DNA of 32,000 bases from an uncultured Actinomycetes bacterium (GCA_963843975.1 CAWJMG010000003.1:2430001-2462000), one strand, 5' to 3'; positions 17,633 to 25,647 are shown, counted from the first letter of the stretch. The notes: generated from the sequence alone by a model not told the origin. Translations and numbers: made by a program.

Positions 17633-19783
17633 TCAGGCCGGCCCAGGGGCCAGGCGCACGCCGCCCACGCGGAAGGTGCGTGCGGTGCCGTCCGCCGCCC
17701 TCACGTCGTCGACCGCGACGCGCACGACGACCCGGCCGCCGCCCAGCGAGCGGAGGACGTCGGCGGGGACCCGGAGGTTGAGCGTGCGCAGCGTGGCGTC
17801 GGAGTACGAGAAGCGCCCGACCGACGTGCCGTTCACCAGCACCTCGAGCGTCGCTGCCGCCTGCTCATCGCGCAGCACGGGCGCCGCGTCGAGCGTGAGG
17901 ACGGCGTCCTTCGACGCCACGGCGGCGGGGACGGTGAAGCCGAGGTCGGCGTGCTGGGCATCCGACCACGCGGCGTCGGGCTCGTTCTCGGTCTCCCAGC
18001 CCCACAGCAGGAAGCCGCGCCCGCCGGCACCCGCGTCGATGCCGCCGACCGGGTAGGCGCGCAACGGCACGTCGCAGCGCATGGTGAAGCTCATGGTGAT
18101 GCTGCGGAGGAACAGCGGGCGGTCCACCGCGGCGACCTCGGTGCAGCCGTCCGGGGGCACGACGCTGCCGCGGTTGAACGAGAGCTGGGCGTACTCGCCG
18201 GGGGCGAGCGCAGCTGAGTCGATGCCGGTGCCGTGGGTGGGCCAGTAGACGGCCTGCTCGGCGAACTGGTCGCACGCGAGCAGCTGCGACTCCGGCGTCC
18301 ACTCGTGGCAGCTCTGCTCGTCACCGGCCGGCAGGAGCGGGATCGCCTCGCGGTTGCTCGCGGACCAGTAGTCGGTCATCCACGCGCCGTCCACCGGCAC
18401 GGCCGAGGCGGCACCGTTGAACCACGTGTAGCTGTAGGGGAAGAGCCGGGCTGCGGTGACCGTGGGCACGACCAGCGAGATGCCGAGCGCCCAGACGAGG
18501 CCGGTCCGCCAGCGCGGGCGCCCGGCAGCCGTCAGACGGCGTACGACGAGCCACGTGGCGACGGTCGCGGAGACGGCGAACGCCGGGAGCACGAACAGCA
18601 CCTGACGGGTGCCGTCGTACAGCACCGCGCTCGTGACGATGCCGCCGAGCGGAAGGAGGAGGGCCTGCGCGGAGACGAGCGCCTGGCCCGTGCCGAGCGC
18701 GACGTCCGTGCCGGCGCCCGCGCGCCGCACTCCGAGGAGGAGGACGAGCGGGCTGAGGAGGCCCACGACGGCGAGGGCGAGGATCAGGAGGGGGGTCTGC
18801 GCGCCGAACCACAGCGGGAGGTAGTACGGCGGGGGCGGCATCGACAGCGTCATGCCCGCGGTGAGGATGGTGTCCTTCCACGGGTAGTCGGCCGAGTCGG
18901 CGAACGCCGCGACGAGACGGCCGGGTGCGGCGAAGAGCTTGGGGTAGACCACGATCAGCACCGCCCACGCGCCGACGATGGCCAGCGCCGAGCTCAGCGC
19001 CCGCGCGCGGAGCCGTGCTGCGGCGTCGGGCCGTCGCGGGCCGAGCTGGTCGACACCCCAGGTGAGCGCGAGCAGGAAGACCACGGTGAGCAGCAGCGCC
19101 ACCCAGGTGCCGGGGCGCGTGCCGACGAGGATCACCGAGCCGGCCAGCAGCGCGGCCCCTCCCAGCGCACGGACGCGGCGGGACACCGGGGCCGAGGGCC
19201 GCGCGAGCAGCACCAGTCCGAGAGTGACGACCGTGTAGCCGGCCGCCACGGGGGTGTCCTTGATGTTGAACATGCCGTGGCCGGTCCAGGTCGGGATGGC
19301 GGTGAGGAGCGCCGCACCGACGAGTGCCCAGCGCCACGAACCCAGGAGCAGCCGCACGATCGCGGCGACCGCCACGACGCCGAGGATGCTGAAGAGCGCT
19401 ACGGCCACGTGCCGCGTCGCGTAGGCCTCGGGCGAGCCCGAGAGGGCGCCCCACGTCTCGGTGCCGCCGAGCACCGACACGACGTGGGCCACGAGCGCCG
19501 CCACCGGGCCGTAGACGTAGAGCCCGGAGACCGAGGAGCTCGGGTCTCCCCCGGTCATCTGCCCGCTGGGGGCGTACCAGCCCTGGTCGAACCAGTGCTG
19601 GAGCCGGTCGACGTGGATCGGCTCGTCGGTCGTCACCCCGATGCCCCACGCGCCGAGCATGAGGACGACGACGTTCACGGCCACCACTCCGGACGCGAGG
19701 ACGAGCAGCGCGGTCGGGACCCGGGGGTCCGTCAGACGGGTCGCTGCGTCGCCGCGCCTGCGGACGTCGAGCCGGGTACTCAC
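17633..19783 (-). CDS. GT-C-fold-like polytopic membrane glycosyltransferase candidate, paralog B
   Basis: 716 aa from the GTG at 19781-19783, which overlaps the TGA of the GT2 gene (GTGA). It is collinear with paralog A: GVTTDEPIHVDRLQ, LLLGSWRWALV, GHGMFNIKDTPVAAGYT, YLPLWFGAQTP, LYDGTRQVLFV, RLFPYSYTWFNG, PDGCTEVAAV. The listed 1020-aa ORF's first ~300 residues (Arg/Pro junk) overlap the GT2 gene and are rejected. Confidence 0.7.
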   Translation of the reverse strand: MSTRLDVRRRGDAATRLTDPRVPTALLVLASGVVAVNVVVLMLGAWGIGVTTDEPIHVDRLQHWFDQGWYAPSGQMTGGDPSSSVSGLYVYGPVAALVAHVVSVLGGTETWGALSGSPEAYATRHVAVALFSILGVVAVAAIVRLLLGSWRWALVGAALLTAIPTWTGHGMFNIKDTPVAAGYTVVTLGLVLLARPSAPVSRRVRALGGAALLAGSVILVGTRPGTWVALLLTVVFLLALTWGVDQLGPRRPDAAARLRARALSSALAIVGAWAVLIVVYPKLFAAPGRLVAAFADSADYPWKDTILTAGMTLSMPPPPYYLPLWFGAQTPLLILALAVVGLLSPLVLLLGVRRAGAGTDVALGTGQALVSAQALLLPLGGIVTSAVLYDGTRQVLFVLPAFAVSATVATWLVVRRLTAAGRPRWRTGLVWALGISLVVPTVTAARLFPYSYTWFNGAASAVPVDGAWMTDYWSASNREAIPLLPAGDEQSCHEWTPESQLLACDQFAEQAVYWPTHGTGIDSAALAPGEYAQLSFNRGSVVPPDGCTEVAAVDRPLFLRSITMSFTMRCDVPLRAYPVGGIDAGAGGRGFLLWGWETENEPDAAWSDAQHADLGFTVPAAVASKDAVLTLDAAPVLRDEQAAATLEVLVNGTSVGRFSYSDATLRTLNLRVPADVLRSLGGGRVVVRVAVDDVRAADGTARTFRVGGVRLAPGPA

Positions 19784-20706
19784 GGCTTGGCGCGCCCGTC
19801 CCGCTGACGGTTGTAGACGACGAGCTCGGCGAGCAGGCCGAACAGCAGCAGCTGCACGCCGACGACGACCAGCAGCACGCCGGCGATGAGGGCGGGGCGG
19901 TCGCCGATCGTGGAGCCCATGAGGCGCAGCACCGTGAGGTAGACGAGGACGACGAGGCCGAGGAACAGCGAGCCCAGGCCGATGCCGCCGAAGAGGTGCG
20001 AGGGGCGGTGCTCGTAGCTCATGAGGAAGCGGACCGTCATGAGATCCATGAAGCCGCGGAAGAAGCGGGCGATGCCGTACTTGGACTTGCCGAACATCCG
20101 CTCGTGGTGCTCGACCGGCTCCTCGGTGATCCGGTAGCCGAGCCAGTGCGCGATGACGGTGACGTAGCGGTGCAGCTCGCCGTACAGCATCGGGCTGACG
20201 TCGCGGGCGACGTCCGGGCGCATCGCCTTGAAGCCGGAGTTGAAGTCGCGGCCGGGGGCGCCCGAGAGACGACCGGTCGCCCAGTTGTAGAGGCGCGAGG
20301 TGTGGCGCTTGATGAAGCGGTCGTGCCGCTCGACGCGGGCGCCGGTGACGAGGTCGAAGCCCTCGTCGAGGCGCGCGACGAGGCGCGGCAGCTCCTCCGG
20401 GTCGTCCTGGCCGTCGGCGTCCATCATCACGATGGCGGTGGCGCCCTCGTCGAGCGCGAGCGCGAAGCCCCGCTGCATGGCGGCGGCCTTGCCACGGTTG
20501 CGCACCGATCGGTCGACGTGGACGCGGTCGTGGGCGGCGGCGAGCGCGGCCATGACCTCGGGAGTGCGGTCGCGGGAGCCGTCGTCGACGACGAGCACGT
20601 GGCCGCCCCCGGGGATCTTGGCGACGTTCTCGAGGATGCGAGGCACGAGCACCTCGAGGTTCTCGGCCTCGTCGAGCGCGGGGACGACGACCCACGTTCC
20701 GCTCAC
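19780..20706 (-). CDS. GT2 polyprenol-phosphate sugar synthase (GtrB / Ppm1 / PpgS-like) with a C-terminal TM hairpin
   Basis: GT-A motifs VVVPALDEAENL, VLVVDDGSRDRT and MMDADGQDDP. Two C-terminal TM helices (FGGIGLGSLFLGLVVLVYL, ALIAGVLLVVVGVQLLLFGLLAEL). I prefer the GTG at 20706, with GAAGGAG 4 nt upstream. The listed GTG at 20724 is the alternative. Confidence 0.85.
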   Translation of the reverse strand: MSGTWVVVPALDEAENLEVLVPRILENVAKIPGGGHVLVVDDGSRDRTPEVMAALAAAHDRVHVDRSVRNRGKAAAMQRGFALALDEGATAIVMMDADGQDDPEELPRLVARLDEGFDLVTGARVERHDRFIKRHTSRLYNWATGRLSGAPGRDFNSGFKAMRPDVARDVSPMLYGELHRYVTVIAHWLGYRITEEPVEHHERMFGKSKYGIARFFRGFMDLMTVRFLMSYEHRPSHLFGGIGLGSLFLGLVVLVYLTVLRLMGSTIGDRPALIAGVLLVVVGVQLLLFGLLAELVVYNRQRDGRAKP

Positions 20707-20802
20707 GGCGCTCCTTCTCTCCACAGCCCCGGTCCGGCCACGCTGCCGGACGGGGTGATTCCCGCCGTGCAGTCTCCCAGACCCACCCGGGTATCGGAGA
20801 AT

Positions 20803-20847
20803 CCCGCCCCGCCCCCGCCCTAGCCCTCGCCCCGGTCGCCCCGACCC
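20803..20847 (-). other. G-quadruplex-forming motif on the minus (operon sense) strand, upstream of the GT2 gene
   Basis: The minus strand reads gggtcggggcgaccggggcgagggctagggcgggggcggggcggg. The last 18 nt (GGGCGGGGGCGGGGCGGG, + strand 20803-20820) form four G-runs with 1-nt loops. Confidence 0.35.
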
Positions 20848-20856
20848 TGAGAAGCG

Positions 20857-20931
20857 GTCACGAACACGCCCCTCACGGGCACTTGTGGACCCTTAGGGTC
20901 GAAAAGTGCCCGTGAAGGGCGTTCTGGTGAC
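20857..20931 (-). terminator. Long imperfect hairpin (28-nt arms) just downstream of the zwf stop
   Basis: Left arm 20857-20884 gtcacgaacacgcccctcacgggcactt. Right arm 20904-20931 aagtgcccgtgaagggcgttctggtgac. 24/28 positions are complementary, including 12 contiguous at the loop end. The 19-nt loop contains its own mini-hairpin gaccc-tta-gggtc. It begins 28 nt after the zwf stop. No U-tract. Confidence 0.5.
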
Positions 20932-20958
20932 CACTTCTCGGGCGCCGCGACGGGGCGG

Positions 20959-22362
20959 CTACTTCTGCTCTCGCCAGACTCGTTCGAACGGCAGGCGCCA
21001 GGCGTGCGGTGCGACGAGCTGGTGGATGGCGTTCGGGCCCCACGTGCCGACGCCGTACGGCTTCACCGGCGGCGGGTCGTCGAGCAGGTCCTGCGACCGC
21101 GCCCACAGGCTCTCGATGCCCTCGGACGTCGTGAAGAGGGTGTGGTCGCCGCGCATGGCGTCGAGGAGGAGCCGCTCGTACGCCTCGAGGACGTCGCCGG
21201 CCCGCTCGGTGTCCTGCGTCGAGAACTGCATCGACAGCTTCTCGAGGAACATGCCCGGGCCAGGGCGCTTGCCGTAGAACGAGAGCGACACCTTCGAGGC
21301 GTCGGCGAGGTCGAAGGTGAGGTGGTCCGGCCCCGCGGCACCCACGCCGGAGTTCGCCGCGAACATCGTCCGCGGCGCCTCCTTGAACGCGATCGAGATG
21401 ATGCGCTGGCCCTCGGCCATCTGCTTGCCGGTGCGCAGGTAGAAGGGGACGCCGGCCCAGCGCCAGTTGTCGATGTCGCAGCGCAGCGCGATGAACGTCT
21501 CGGTGTCGGAGTCGGGGGCGACGCCGGGCTGGTCCCTGTAGCCCGCGACCTGACCGCGTACGACGTTCGCCGGGTTGATCGGCAGCAGCGACCGGAAGAC
21601 CTTGTTCTTCTCCTCGCTGATCGCCCGCGGCTCGAGGGCCGTCGGCGGCTCCATGGCGACGAACGCCAGCACCTGGAACAGGTGGGTCACGACCATGTCC
21701 TTGTAGGCGCCTGTCGCCTCGTAGAACGCCGACCGCTTGCCGAGGTCGAGCACCTCGGGGATGTCGATCTGCACGTGGTCGATGAAGTTGCGGTTCCAGA
21801 TCGGCTCGAACAGCCCGTTGGCGAAGCGGAACGCGAGGATGTTCTGCGCGGCCTCCTTCCCGAGGAAGTGGTCGATGCGGAAGATCTGCTCCTCGCTGAA
21901 CGTCTCGTGCAGGTGGTCGTTGAGGTGGATCGCGCTCTCGAGGTCGGTGCCGAACGGCTTCTCCATCACCACGCGCGCGCCCTCGACGAGGTTCGCCTCG
22001 CGCAGCATCGCGATCACCTCGAACGCCGACCGCGGCGGCACGCTCAGGTAGTGCAGCAGGTGGGCGTCCTCGCCGAGTGCCTCGCGCTCACGGTTGACGA
22101 CGGCCGCGAGGGCCTCGGGTCCGGCGGACGTGGGGACGTAGCTCAGCTGGTCGGACAGCGACTGCAACGCGTCGTCGGAGAGGCCGTGAGTGCCGAACTC
22201 CTCGATTGCCGCCTTGGCGAACTCACGGAACGACTCGTCGTCGTAGTCCTCGAGGGAGGTCGCCACCACGCGGATGTCGGGGGCGAGCGCGGAGGTGGTG
22301 AGGTGCGCGAGGCCGGGCAGCAGTTTGCGGCGGGAGAGGTCGCCGGTGGCACCGAACAGCAC
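20959..22362 (-). CDS. zwf: Glucose-6-phosphate dehydrogenase
   Basis: Motifs [16 protein letters not shown] (NADP-binding), RIDHFLGKE (active site) and [11 protein letters not shown]. The literal GTG at 22362 leaves only one residue before the beta1-loop motif. The preceding residues HVIVL are in frame but have no start codon upstream of them. A GC3-rich ORF in another frame (ATG 22456 or 22465) probably supplies the true N-terminus via a 1-nt frame break near 22372-22392. Confidence 0.85.
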   Translation of the reverse strand: MLFGATGDLSRRKLLPGLAHLTTSALAPDIRVVATSLEDYDDESFREFAKAAIEEFGTHGLSDDALQSLSDQLSYVPTSAGPEALAAVVNREREALGEDAHLLHYLSVPPRSAFEVIAMLREANLVEGARVVMEKPFGTDLESAIHLNDHLHETFSEEQIFRIDHFLGKEAAQNILAFRFANGLFEPIWNRNFIDHVQIDIPEVLDLGKRSAFYEATGAYKDMVVTHLFQVLAFVAMEPPTALEPRAISEEKNKVFRSLLPINPANVVRGQVAGYRDQPGVAPDSDTETFIALRCDIDNWRWAGVPFYLRTGKQMAEGQRIISIAFKEAPRTMFAANSGVGAAGPDHLTFDLADASKVSLSFYGKRPGPGMFLEKLSMQFSTQDTERAGDVLEAYERLLLDAMRGDHTLFTTSEGIESLWARSQDLLDDPPPVKPYGVGTWGPNAIHQLVAPHAWRLPFERVWREQK

Positions 22363-22568
22363 GATGACGTGCGGCGGCGTGCGCTCCGAGCTTCTGCTTG
22401 CGCGGGCGGGAGCCGGGCGCGGGGTAGGCGATCGTCTGTGCCGGGTTCCCAGTCATGCCCGCCATGGTGCCGGTGCGGGGACGCCGAGAACGGCCGTTTA
22501 ACGCAGCCGATACGTGGCCGAGAGGCCGCACACCGCTCGGGGGTGGCCGCCTTCAGCCTCGGAGGGCG

Positions 22569-22754
22569 TCAGCCGCCGGACTTGCGGCGGAACTCGCGCT
22601 TGCCGCCGACCGCGCCGTGCTCGCCGTGGGCGTGGTCGGCGCCCTCGTGCTTGTGCTCGCCGGGCTTGGCGTGGCCGTTCTTCTTCTTCTCGAGGGCCTC
22701 GAGGAACTTGGCCTTGGTGTCGGCGCTGGCGCCGGACTCGGTCTTGTCTTCCAC
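22569..22754 (-). CDS. Small His/Lys-rich conserved actinobacterial protein (DUF5302-like)
   Basis: 61 aa: MEDKTESGASADTKAKFLEALEKKKNGHAKPGEHKHEGADHAHGEHGAVGGKREFRRKSGG. The KFxEALExK start and FRRKSGG ending match my recollection of the DUF5302 family. GTG with GGGAG 7 nt upstream. GC3-rich. Confidence 0.6.
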   Translation of the reverse strand: MEDKTESGASADTKAKFLEALEKKKNGHAKPGEHKHEGADHAHGEHGAVGGKREFRRKSGG

Positions 22755-22871
22755 GGTGCACTCCCAGGGTCGTCTTCCCCTTCAGTCTTCACCCCCACGG
22801 CGGCCCTGTGCCACCGGGATGCCCCCGGACGTGGTTGGGCGGGCCCGCAGCGTGCGGATACCCTTCCCGCC

Positions 22872-24728
22872 GTGGCCCACTCGTCCGGCAGGAGCGGCGT
22901 CCTGGCGCTCACCCTGGGTGCCACGGGCGTCGTGTTCGGCGACATCGGCACCAGCCCGCTGTACGCGTTCAAGGAGTCGTTCGCGACCAGCGGGCGCAAC
23001 CTCGACGACGTGTTCGGCCTTGTCTCGCTCATCTTCTGGGCGCTGATGATCGTCGTGACGATCAAGTACCTGCTGGTCGTCATGCGCGCCGACAACCACG
23101 GCGAGGGCGGCATCCTCAGCCTCCTGGCGCTCATGCCCCGCCGCATCCGAGAGAGCTCCACCGGCAAGGAGCGGCTGCTCTTCCTGCTCGTGCTGGTCGG
23201 CACGGCGCTGCTGTTCGGCGACGGCGTCCTCACGCCCGCGATCAGCGTCCTGTCGGCGACCGAGGGCCTCGAGCTCGTGCGACCGGGGCTCGGCCAGTAC
23301 GCCGTCGAGATCGCCATCGTCATCCTGATCGCCCTCTTCTCGGTGCAGTCGCGCGGCACCCACCGCATCGGGCAGTTCTTCGGGCCCGTCATGGTGCTCT
23401 GGTTCATCGTGCTCGCGGGGCTCGGCATCTTCCGCCTCGCCGCTCGCCCGGACGCCCTGCTGGCGCTCTCGCCGACGTACGGCATCGGCTACATCGTCGA
23501 TCACGGATGGCAGTCGCTCGCGGTCGCGTCGTCGGTGATCCTCGCGGTGACCGGCGCCGAGGCTCTGTACGCCGACATGGGCCAGTTCGGCCGGCACCCG
23601 ATCCGGCTGTCGTGGGCGTTCCTCGTGGGGCCGTCGCTCGTGCTCTGCTACCTCGGCCAGGCGGCGCTGGTGCTCGAGAACCCGGAGATGGGCGAGAACC
23701 CGTTCTTCGGCCTGGCGCCCGACGGCGGCACGCTGCCGCTCGTCATCCTCGCCACCGCCGCCACCGTCGTCGCGTCGCAGGCGCTCATCACCGGCGTCTT
23801 CTCCCTTGCGCGCCAGGGGATCCAGCTCGGCGTGCTGCCCCGCCTCACCATCAAGCACACGCACGCCGACCACGAGGGCCAGATCTACGTGCCGTTCGTG
23901 AACCTCGCGGTCGGCGCCCTGTGCGTCGCCGTCGTGCTGCTGTTCCAGTCGTCGTCGGCGCTCGCGCACGCGTACGTGCTCGCCATCGCCGGCACGATGT
24001 TCATCACGACCATCGCGTTCCACGCCGTCGCGAGCCGCACGTGGGGCTGGCCGTCGTACCGCCTGTGGCCCCTCACGATCACGTTCCTGGTCGTCGACCT
24101 CGTGTTCCTGCTGGGGACGCTGTCGAACGTGCTCAAGGGCGGCTGGGTCCCCGTCGCGTTCGGCGCGGTCGTGATGCTCGTGATGGTGGGCTGGTCGAAC
24201 GGCTACCGCGCGCTCAACAGCTATATGGCACGCACGGCGGTGCACTGGCCGAGCATCGAGGAGGAGCTGCGCCACGGCAGCATCACCCGCGTGCCCGGCG
24301 TGGGTGTCTACCTCGCCTCGCCGGCCGAGGACGTTCCGGCAGCGCTCAGCTCGCAGATCAAGGTGCTGCACGCGATGCCCGCCGAGGTCATCGTCGTCAC
24401 GGTGAGGACGGTCGGCATACCCGTCGCCGATTCCCCTCCGGAGGTGGTCGACGTCATGAAGCGGGTGAAGCGGGTGATCATCCCCGTCGGCTACATGGAG
24501 ACCCCCGACATCCCGGCCGCGCTCCGCGCCTCGACGCTCGGCGGCGTCGAGTCGGTGGCCACGTACTACCTGTCCGAGCGCAAGTTCGTCGGGTCGGACG
24601 CCGGCAGCGTGCCCGAGCGGCGCGAGAAGTTCTTCGCCTTCCTGCACCGGAACTCCCAGGCCCCGTCGCAGTTCTTCGGCCTGCCGTCGGACCGCGTCAT
24701 CTCCATCGGCACCCGCATCGACCTCTAG
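22872..24728 (+). CDS. kup: KUP-family potassium uptake transporter
   Basis: 618 aa from the GTG at 22872. Signature LGATGVVFGDIGTSPLYAFKE ... ADNHGEGGILSL, placed ~19 aa from the start as in E. coli Kup. The listed extension back to 22455 is antisense to other genes and is rejected. Confidence 0.85.
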   Translation: MAHSSGRSGVLALTLGATGVVFGDIGTSPLYAFKESFATSGRNLDDVFGLVSLIFWALMIVVTIKYLLVVMRADNHGEGGILSLLALMPRRIRESSTGKERLLFLLVLVGTALLFGDGVLTPAISVLSATEGLELVRPGLGQYAVEIAIVILIALFSVQSRGTHRIGQFFGPVMVLWFIVLAGLGIFRLAARPDALLALSPTYGIGYIVDHGWQSLAVASSVILAVTGAEALYADMGQFGRHPIRLSWAFLVGPSLVLCYLGQAALVLENPEMGENPFFGLAPDGGTLPLVILATAATVVASQALITGVFSLARQGIQLGVLPRLTIKHTHADHEGQIYVPFVNLAVGALCVAVVLLFQSSSALAHAYVLAIAGTMFITTIAFHAVASRTWGWPSYRLWPLTITFLVVDLVFLLGTLSNVLKGGWVPVAFGAVVMLVMVGWSNGYRALNSYMARTAVHWPSIEEELRHGSITRVPGVGVYLASPAEDVPAALSSQIKVLHAMPAEVIVVTVRTVGIPVADSPPEVVDVMKRVKRVIIPVGYMETPDIPAALRASTLGGVESVATYYLSERKFVGSDAGSVPERREKFFAFLHRNSQAPSQFFGLPSDRVISIGTRIDL

Positions 24729-24731
24729 CGG

Positions 24732-25508
24732 TCAGTTCAGCCGACGCGTCCCGTCGGGCACGCCGCCACCCTCGACCGCTGACGCCACGAGGTCGGCGTA
24801 CGCCGTGAGCGCGACGTTCTGGCTCCACGGCCCGAAGCTCACGCGGGCGACGCCGAGGCGCTGCATGGCCTCCAGGGTGATCGCCCCCGGGACGGCGATG
24901 AGGTTGAGCTTCCGCGGACCGACGGCGTCGACGATCGCCTCGACCTGGGCCTCGTCGAGCTTGCCCGGCGCGAAGAAGGTGGAAGCGCCGGCGTCGAGGT
25001 AGGCCTTTCCTCGCTCGATGGCATCGGCGAGGACGGCGTCGGGATCCTTGTCGCCCGCGCGCAGGAAGGCGTCGGTGCGCGCGTTGAGGACGAACGGGAC
25101 GCCGGCCGACTCACCAGCAGCCACCACGGCTCTCACGGCCGAGACCGCATCGGCCAGCGGCTTCAGCTGGTCCTCGAGGTTCATGCCGACCACGCCGACG
25201 TCGATCGCGCGGCGCGCGGTCTCGCCTGGGTCGCCGTAGCCTGCCTCGAGGTCGGCGGTGACCGGCAGGTCGACGGCGGCCACGATGCGGGCGACGGCGG
25301 CGAGCATCTCGTCGCGCGGGATGACCTCGCCGTCGGGATACCCGTGCGACGCCGCGATCGAGTGGCTCGCCGTCGCGATGGCCTTGATGTCGGGGTTGGC
25401 CGCGACCACCGTCGCCGTGATCACGTCCCACACGTTCACGAGCACGAGCAGCTCGGGGTCGGCGTGGAGCTTCTGCAGCAGCGCGGCCTTGGCGGCGGTC
25501 GTCGTCAT
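24732..25508 (-). CDS. Isocitrate lyase / PEP mutase superfamily protein (2-methylisocitrate-lyase / phosphonomutase-like)
   Basis: 258 aa from the ATG at 25508 (alternative GTG at 25517). Family blocks LLVLVNVWDVITA, ATASHSIAASHGYPDGE, LPVTADLEAGYGD, VVGMNLEDQ. Confidence 0.8.
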   Translation of the reverse strand: MTTTAAKAALLQKLHADPELLVLVNVWDVITATVVAANPDIKAIATASHSIAASHGYPDGEVIPRDEMLAAVARIVAAVDLPVTADLEAGYGDPGETARRAIDVGVVGMNLEDQLKPLADAVSAVRAVVAAGESAGVPFVLNARTDAFLRAGDKDPDAVLADAIERGKAYLDAGASTFFAPGKLDEAQVEAIVDAVGPRKLNLIAVPGAITLEAMQRLGVARVSFGPWSQNVALTAYADLVASAVEGGGVPDGTRRLN

Positions 25509-25524
25509 GCCCAGCACGCTACCC

Positions 25525-25617
25525 GGGTAACCAGCGTGCGCTCCACGACGGTTCTCGCACCCACCTGGCAGAGCACCGCCCTAGATGGGTAGCCAGCGTG
25601 CGCTCTGCGACGCGTTC
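25525..25617. repeat. Two copies of a ~30-nt imperfect direct repeat, 62 nt apart, in an intergenic region
   Basis: R1 is 25525-25554, gggtaaccagcgtgcgctccacgacggttc. R2 is 25587-25617, gggtagccagcgtgcgctctgcgacgcgttc. The first 19 nt differ at one position. Located between the reductase stop (25648) and the ICL-family start. Confidence 0.5.
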
Positions 25618-25647
25618 GCCACTCGCCTAGCCGGCGCCGCCGCCGGG

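Noticed and set aside
17633-20695. N-terminal extensions of listed ORFs: 17633-20695 (1020 aa), 13800-15521, 4749-6245, 5929-6858, 11051-12835, 22455-24728 and 27077-27997.
   Set aside because: The extra N-terminal parts are Arg/Pro junk that overlaps the neighbouring real gene in another frame. Internal GTG/ATG starts with RBS-like purine tracts or GTGA stop/start overlaps give family-typical lengths.
22755-22871. Possible c-di-AMP (ydaO-type) riboswitch upstream of kup, since K+ transporters are common targets.
   Set aside because: The 117-nt leader is shorter than the motif. I could not find the conserved ACGGGGA / GGGGACCCA-type cores or the pseudo-two-fold helices. An Infernal scan would be the decisive test.
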